In this document: in pieces, positions 37,464 to 42,645 of the stretch
How the letters are laid out: every line of letters begins with the position of its first letter
Numbering within the stretch: position 1 is the stretch's first letter
Sequence record: SRR20825010_807
Length of the DNA: 42,645 bases
Direction: 5' to 3' (one strand)
Notes under the pieces: generated by a model
Seen by the model: the letters and a program-made list of their open reading frames with translations, nothing else
Databases searched by the model: none
What the model was told of the DNA's origin: nothing
Program-made: the position numbers and the translations under genes

Positions 37464-39920
37464 ATGAAAAAGTTAGGAATGACCCTGTTGGGCATTTTGG
37501 CAGCATGCTATTCGTATGCCCAATTCTCAATAACAGGACAAGTGAAAAGTGTGGACGGTGAAGTACTACCGGGAGCCACAGTAGTAATCAAAAGTTCTGT
37601 CATAGGTGCAGTTACAACTGTTGATGGACAGTACGTGTTAAGTGGTTTATCTGAAGGCACTTACGTGCTAAAGGTTGGCTTCTTAGGTTTCAAAAATGTA
37701 GAAAAGGAAGTCGCGCTGACTAGCAATCTTCAATTGGACTTTTCCTTAGAGGAAAATGTTTTTCAGGGTGAAGAGGTGATTGTTTATGCCACCCGTGCCA
37801 ATGAAAACACGGCTACAACGTATTCGGAGGTATCGAAAGATGAAATAGCCGATAGAAACTTAGGACAGGATATGCCTTATATTCTTCAATTCACACCATC
37901 CATGGTTACCACTTCGGATGCAGGAGCGGGAGTAGGTTACACGGGTATGCGAATCCGAGGAAGCGATGGCTCAAGGATCAATGTTACCGTAAATGGAATT
38001 CCCATCAACGATTCGGAATCTCATGGAACCTTTTGGGTAAATATGCCCGATTTTGCTTCTTCTGTAAATAATATCCAGGTACAAAGAGGCGTAGGAACGT
38101 CAACCAATGGAGCAGCGGCCTTTGGAGCAACGATCAGTATGCAAACGAGTTTGCCGTCTGAGGAAGCTTACGGACAAATAGACAATTCCTTTGGCTCGTT
38201 TAACACACGAAAACACACAGTGATTTACAACACCGGATTGATCAAAGACCGCTGGGCATTTGAAGGCAGGTTGTCTCAAATTGCCTCTGACGGCTACATC
38301 GACCGGGCTTCCTCCGACATGAAATCTTATTATCTGTCGGGCGGATATTATGGCAATAAAACAACCATCAAAGCACTTAGCTTTTCCGGCAAAGAAAACA
38401 CCTACCAATCCTGGTACGGCACACCAGAAGCATTGCTGAAAAAAGATGCCGACGGGCTTCAGGATGTAATCAATTGGGGTGGCGAATACGGCACTCAGGA
38501 GCAATTGGATAACCTGATGAACTCAGGCCGAAAATTTAATTATTATCTCTACGACAATGAAGTAGACAACTATCAACAGGATCATTATCAACTCCATTTG
38601 AATCACAGCTTTAGTAAAAAACTAAATGTGAGTGCCTCTGGCCACTATACTTACGGACGAGGCTATTATGAGCAGTACAGAAACGATGACGACTTGCAAG
38701 ATTATGCGCTCTCCGATGTGATTCTTGGAGAAGATACCGTCACATCAACCGATTTAATCAGAAGAAGATGGCTTGAAAACCACTTCTATGGCGGAACCTT
38801 CTCTATCAATTACAAAGAAAGAAAATGGTCAACAACCTTGGGTGGTGGTTATAACTTCTATGACGGAGATCATTTTGGCGAGATCATCTGGGCACGATTT
38901 GCCAGTAATTCAGAAATCAGAGACCGTTATTATGACAACTTCGGAAGAAAAGGTGATTTTAATATTTACTCAAAGACCAACGTACAAGCCACTGACGATT
39001 TGAATCTATTTGTGGATCTTCAATACCGAGCCATAGACTACCATACGAAAGGAATAGATAGCGATCAAAGATCGATTGATGAAGGTGGCAACTATAATTT
39101 TTTCAACCCGAAATTTGGCTTGACTTATAGGCTAAACCGCTATTCCAATGTTTACGCCTCGTATGCCATTGGTAACCGCGAACCAGTACGAACAGATTTT
39201 GTTGATTCACCTGCAGGACAAAGACCGAAACATGAAACACTCAAAAACCTGGAAGTGGGATTCAGAAGAAACACCTCTGATTTTCTTTTCACGGCCAATT
39301 ATTACCTGATGAATTACGACAACCAACTAGTGCCAACCGGAGCGGTAAATGACGTTGGTTCTTCTCTCCGAGCCAATGTGGCCAAAAGTTATCGCACGGG
39401 GATCGAATTGGTAGCGGGAATCAAAGTTTTTGACCAATTGGAATGGGCTGTAAATGTAGCTGCCAGTCAAAACAAGATACGGGATTTCAACGAAGTGGTT
39501 TATGACTATGGAGTGGCTTTTGACGAATACAATGAGGTGAAAACTGAATTTAAAGACACGGATATTGCATTTTCACCAAATCTGGTTGCAGGAAGTCAAT
39601 TGAGCTATTCGCCTTTTGAGGGTTTTTCTGTTCAGCTTCTAAGCAAATATGTAAGCAAACAATACCTTGACAACACCAGCAACAACGATCGATCAATTGA
39701 TGCGTATTTTATTAATGACCTGAAGATCGATTACTCGTTTTCATTGAAATCGATGGAAAAAATTGGTCTGTCTTTGATGGTCAATAACCTATTCGATGTG
39801 ATGTATTCATCCAATGGGTACACCTGGGGGTATTATTCGGGAGACTTTTTGTATCAACAAAACAATTACTACCCACAAGCTGGAATCAATTTCCTTGGAG
39901 CCGTTTCGCTACGGTTCTAA
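37464..39920 (+). CDS. TonB-dependent receptor, thiamine uptake
   Basis: Signal peptide MKKLG...SYAQ (second ATG preferred over 37446); plug motif TSDAGAGVGYTGMRIRG...NGIPINDSESH...VQRGVGTSTNGAAAFGA; C-terminal F; downstream of a TPP riboswitch. Confidence 0.93.
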   Translation: MKKLGMTLLGILAACYSYAQFSITGQVKSVDGEVLPGATVVIKSSVIGAVTTVDGQYVLSGLSEGTYVLKVGFLGFKNVEKEVALTSNLQLDFSLEENVFQGEEVIVYATRANENTATTYSEVSKDEIADRNLGQDMPYILQFTPSMVTTSDAGAGVGYTGMRIRGSDGSRINVTVNGIPINDSESHGTFWVNMPDFASSVNNIQVQRGVGTSTNGAAAFGATISMQTSLPSEEAYGQIDNSFGSFNTRKHTVIYNTGLIKDRWAFEGRLSQIASDGYIDRASSDMKSYYLSGGYYGNKTTIKALSFSGKENTYQSWYGTPEALLKKDADGLQDVINWGGEYGTQEQLDNLMNSGRKFNYYLYDNEVDNYQQDHYQLHLNHSFSKKLNVSASGHYTYGRGYYEQYRNDDDLQDYALSDVILGEDTVTSTDLIRRRWLENHFYGGTFSINYKERKWSTTLGGGYNFYDGDHFGEIIWARFASNSEIRDRYYDNFGRKGDFNIYSKTNVQATDDLNLFVDLQYRAIDYHTKGIDSDQRSIDEGGNYNFFNPKFGLTYRLNRYSNVYASYAIGNREPVRTDFVDSPAGQRPKHETLKNLEVGFRRNTSDFLFTANYYLMNYDNQLVPTGAVNDVGSSLRANVAKSYRTGIELVAGIKVFDQLEWAVNVAASQNKIRDFNEVVYDYGVAFDEYNEVKTEFKDTDIAFSPNLVAGSQLSYSPFEGFSVQLLSKYVSKQYLDNTSNNDRSIDAYFINDLKIDYSFSLKSMEKIGLSLMVNNLFDVMYSSNGYTWGYYSGDFLYQQNNYYPQAGINFLGAVSLRF

Positions 39921-40499
39921 TTATTGAGGAATGTAATTATAGGCAAGCAACTTATACTGATTGAGAATTGTTCGCACAGCGTATTTGGCATCTTTACTGA
40001 AAAGCGTGGCATCATCAAAAAGCCCGCTCGCATAACCTTGCCAGATTACGCTGTGTGATTTTCGATCAATAAAGTCAATCAATAAAGTTCCTTTGCGAAG
40101 CTCAATGTGTTTCTCATTGTATTTGGCCACATCTACTTGCGCGAGTTGGTGATCATCCAACTCGTATTGTCCGTAGCTCGTTTCCCAATTTTCAAGATCC
40201 ACCTGCTCATATCCCTGCATTCTGAAATCCTGACCAAAAATTTTATATGCCACCAAAATAGAAGGACTTCTTTCATCAAATTCGTAACCCTGAGATTGCA
40301 TCCTTCTTATTATTTCATCTTTTATCAAACGATCACTCATGCCATTAAAATTTATGGTGTCACTCGTTATTAAAAATCCAAACGATTTGTATTTCTTAAA
40401 TTTCCCGCGGTAACTATAGTCGTAATCAACAACATATTCGCGCTCTGCGATGCAACTGGCAAGTAAGAGAAGAATAAGAATTCCGAAAATATTTTTCAT
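39921..40499 (-). CDS. DUF4136 domain lipoprotein
   Basis: MKNIFGILILLLLASC lipobox; DYDY...FKKYKSF and GTLLIDFIDRKSHSVIWQG motifs. Confidence 0.85.
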   Translation of the reverse strand: MKNIFGILILLLLASCIAEREYVVDYDYSYRGKFKKYKSFGFLITSDTINFNGMSDRLIKDEIIRRMQSQGYEFDERSPSILVAYKIFGQDFRMQGYEQVDLENWETSYGQYELDDHQLAQVDVAKYNEKHIELRKGTLLIDFIDRKSHSVIWQGYASGLFDDATLFSKDAKYAVRTILNQYKLLAYNYIPQ

Positions 40500-40550
40500 A
40501 AGTGTACTTTTGATCATTATAAATATAACTAGGAAACATCGAAATCAGAA

Positions 40551-41186
40551 ATGTCATCACATCACATCGTAAGGGACGAACAGGAACCGGCACTATTTCT
40601 ACATCACACGAATCACGCTCATTGGCCTGTTATACAACAGCTTTTGGAGTGGTCTCCGATAGTGGTTTCTTCCGAACAACCGCTCGAAGAAATCATCTCC
40701 TTTGGTCATAAGGTTGACATTGCATTACTCACTCCATTCGAAAAAGAACATTGGAATGACAAATTGGAAATGCAAAAACCTGTGGAAATTTACGAAATCA
40801 CTGGACACGAAATTGTTTTCAGTTCCTTTTCCATTCTGAAATCGCGAAAAGCGAAGACCATTAATATTGTCACCAACAACGAGTCTCTTTTTTCAGTTTT
40901 GGACGAAGCTACCAAATGGACTTCTAGTTTCGATATCGTAGTGATCACCGAAGACCAGCGCCATATTCTTTGCAAAAGCATGTTATTCAAGAAGTGGCTG
41001 CCTGCTTTCAGCAACCTTGTGATTTTGCCGCTCACGCCATTGAGTTATGCCACCACGGAGGGTTTTGATTTAAACCTCGACAATGAACTACTACGAGAAG
41101 GAATTGAATTGACCAAAAAACAGGAGGGCGAAATTAGTATCAAAATGAGTGCGCTCCCTTATTTGATTTCTGAATTGATTCACTAA
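40551..41186 (+). CDS. Thiamine pyrophosphokinase-like protein (divergent)
   Basis: MSSHHIVRDEQEPAL...QLLEWSP N-terminus typical of Bacteroidota TPK-annotated proteins; FKKW and TEGF..NL segments; the GDFDS motif is not visible. Confidence 0.7.
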   Translation: MSSHHIVRDEQEPALFLHHTNHAHWPVIQQLLEWSPIVVSSEQPLEEIISFGHKVDIALLTPFEKEHWNDKLEMQKPVEIYEITGHEIVFSSFSILKSRKAKTINIVTNNESLFSVLDEATKWTSSFDIVVITEDQRHILCKSMLFKKWLPAFSNLVILPLTPLSYATTEGFDLNLDNELLREGIELTKKQEGEISIKMSALPYLISELIH

Positions 41187-42446
41187 TCACTTCAGGTAAA
41201 TCCGGCGAAGCTGAAGATCCGAACCGCCTATAAAATTATTCTCCTGATCATATGCCGCCCAAGGGCTATTGGAGATGTAAATCAATGCGTTTTTATAAAG
41301 AGCTCCCTGAGTGGGTTCATTCAGGTAGTCCACATTTTGATCCAAAATCGTATAATACGCGATTTTGGTGGCCGTTTGATCGAGCATGAACTGAATGGTT
41401 CGCATGGGTTTGCTGCCATTTTCTAAGGCAAAAAGTGAATTTTGAGAGTAGTAAAGTCCATCGATTCCCCGGAATGGAGTGCCCGGTTCAAATTGGATTT
41501 TGGTCAATGCCTTTGAATCCATATTCATGGAAAAAACCCCACTGATATAGTCTGATACAAAAAGTGTTTTTTCATCCTCAGACAAAGTCAGGCCCTGAAG
41601 ATTGTAAATCTGGTCGGAGAGATCAGCGAATTCAATAAGCTTGCCCATTTGATCGATGGTGAAAAGTTTGTTCCTCCCTCCGTCGGAAATCAGCACCTTC
41701 CCGGTTTTAGAAACGATCAAATCGCCAAATACACTTCCTTCTTTCACCGTTCCATGATGGCCGACTTTCTTTGTTTTCAAGTCGAAGGAATAAATGGACG
41801 ACCAGCCGTCTTTGGCTGAATCATAATTCAATGCTTGAGGCATCATTGTTGAACATACCCACAGTTTTCCATTCTTTCTATCGTAATCCAAACCCATCAC
41901 CGAGAAAAGCTCGGTGTGTTGCTCATAATCAAAAAGGATTTCAAGCGTTTTTGATTTGAGATTATAAGCGTAAACCTTTCTTTCACGCACGTCCCCCAAA
42001 TAAAGATTTTCGGGTTTTTTATCAAAAGCGATGGTTTCAATGTGGCCGGTCCCTGGGATAGCCAAAAAAGGTTGACTCGCAATTACTTTTTCAGCCAATT
42101 TTTCAGCCAATTCAATAGCGGATTGAAACTCCGGTGAAAGACGAATCTTGTCAAAATCCGTATCTGCCTGAAAATCGGTCTGGCTATTCATCGTCAGATA
42201 AGTTTTCAGATAATTGGATGCCTGAGCGGCATCCCCGGTCAGCGCATAACCAGCCCCCACATTGTAAGTGACCGGAGAATAGTAGGGTCGAAACGAATCT
42301 GCCCGAACCATCTGGTCACGAAAACCCGGATAGTCCCCTTCCTCATAAGCGACCATACCGAGCTGATAGTACTTTTTCAAGCTGTCTATTTGAGAAAACC
42401 CAGTTTGGGAAAAGAATAGCAGAAAAAGCGGTAGAAATGTTTTCAT
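41187..42446 (-). CDS. Exported beta-propeller protein (SMP-30/gluconolactonase-like) with N-terminal TPR-like helices
   Basis: Signal peptide; YNVGAGYALTG TPR-like segment; propeller blades VMGLDYD, FGDLIVS, LQGLTLS, GIDGLY and EPTQG. Confidence 0.75.
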   Translation of the reverse strand: MKTFLPLFLLFFSQTGFSQIDSLKKYYQLGMVAYEEGDYPGFRDQMVRADSFRPYYSPVTYNVGAGYALTGDAAQASNYLKTYLTMNSQTDFQADTDFDKIRLSPEFQSAIELAEKLAEKVIASQPFLAIPGTGHIETIAFDKKPENLYLGDVRERKVYAYNLKSKTLEILFDYEQHTELFSVMGLDYDRKNGKLWVCSTMMPQALNYDSAKDGWSSIYSFDLKTKKVGHHGTVKEGSVFGDLIVSKTGKVLISDGGRNKLFTIDQMGKLIEFADLSDQIYNLQGLTLSEDEKTLFVSDYISGVFSMNMDSKALTKIQFEPGTPFRGIDGLYYSQNSLFALENGSKPMRTIQFMLDQTATKIAYYTILDQNVDYLNEPTQGALYKNALIYISNSPWAAYDQENNFIGGSDLQLRRIYLK

Positions 42447-42480
42447 GGGAGCAATTTCACACTATAACCACTTTAAATAT

Positions 42481-42536
42481 AACAACCCCGATGGAATCCC
42501 CGATGCAATTCCTTCTTGACTCCCATCAGGGTTGTT
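42481..42536 (-). terminator. Long hairpin downstream of the vWA gene
   Basis: Minus strand AACAACCCTGATGGGAGTC-(19 nt)-GATTCCATCGGGGTTGTT, with G-U pairs that favour the minus strand. Confidence 0.6.
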
Positions 42537-42549
42537 CGCTGAAAACAAC

Positions 42550-42645
42550 TTACTGCACCGTATTAGCCGCTAGTCGCACCAATTGGATAAACTCACTTCG
42601 GTAGCCATATTCGTCCACACCTTTGGCCTCCTTCGCCAGCATAAC
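42550..42645 (-). CDS. 3' end of a YfbK/DUF3520-type vWA domain protein (partial)
   Basis: Manual translation VMLAKEAKGVDEYGYRSEFIQLVRLAANTVQ*. The D..GYR.EFI.LV pattern is the C-terminal signature of YfbK-like proteins. Confidence 0.7.
   Translation of the reverse strand, partial: VMLAKEAKGVDEYGYRSEFIQLVRLAANTVQ

Noticed and set aside
17096..42494. CCGATGG recurring in three intergenic hairpins (near 17097, 34591 and 42488) as a REP family
   Set aside because: Only a 7-nt core is shared. Stems and loops otherwise differ, and each is explained as an ordinary terminator-like hairpin.
1..42645. CRISPR arrays, tRNA/rRNA genes, IS elements and defence systems
   Set aside because: I saw no regularly spaced repeats, cloverleaf motifs, transposase ORFs or nuclease/defence domains.

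Overview
Core-genome window of a Bacteroidota bacterium, most likely Cytophagales. The assignment rests on SusC/SusE, a T9SS C-terminal domain, TAnnTTTG promoters and an alpha2-type GlyRS. Left to right it holds: (1) an alpha-glucan polysaccharide utilisation locus on the minus strand (propeller/Y_Y_Y/HTH sensor, SusE/F-like lipoprotein, T9SS-secreted GH13, and a SusC cut by the window edge and missing from the ORF track); (2) rimP-nusA-infB with a leader terminator; (3) cysS; (4) acyl-CoA dehydrogenase, rpsU, xerC, hpf; (5) DUF547, a cation:proton antiporter with RCK domains, a CAP protein and a Cys-rich orphan; (6) a structured intergenic element, glyS and an MtfA-like peptidase; (7) a WecA/MraY-family transferase and pheS; (8) guaB followed by a tightly coupled RsbU-RsbV-RsbW-PPIase-SurA-MoxR operon; (9) a thiamine cluster (PnuC, NadR-type kinase, TPP riboswitch, TonB-dependent receptor, degenerate thiamine pyrophosphokinase-like protein); (10) the 3' end of a YfbK-type vWA gene. 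I found no rRNA, tRNA, CRISPR array, transposase or prophage. The best leads are the thiamine salvage module with an apparently inactive TPK beside a NadR-type kinase, the sigma-less partner-switch module coupled to periplasmic chaperones, and the folded element upstream of glyS. All calls come from reading motifs by eye; no database search or folding computation was run.
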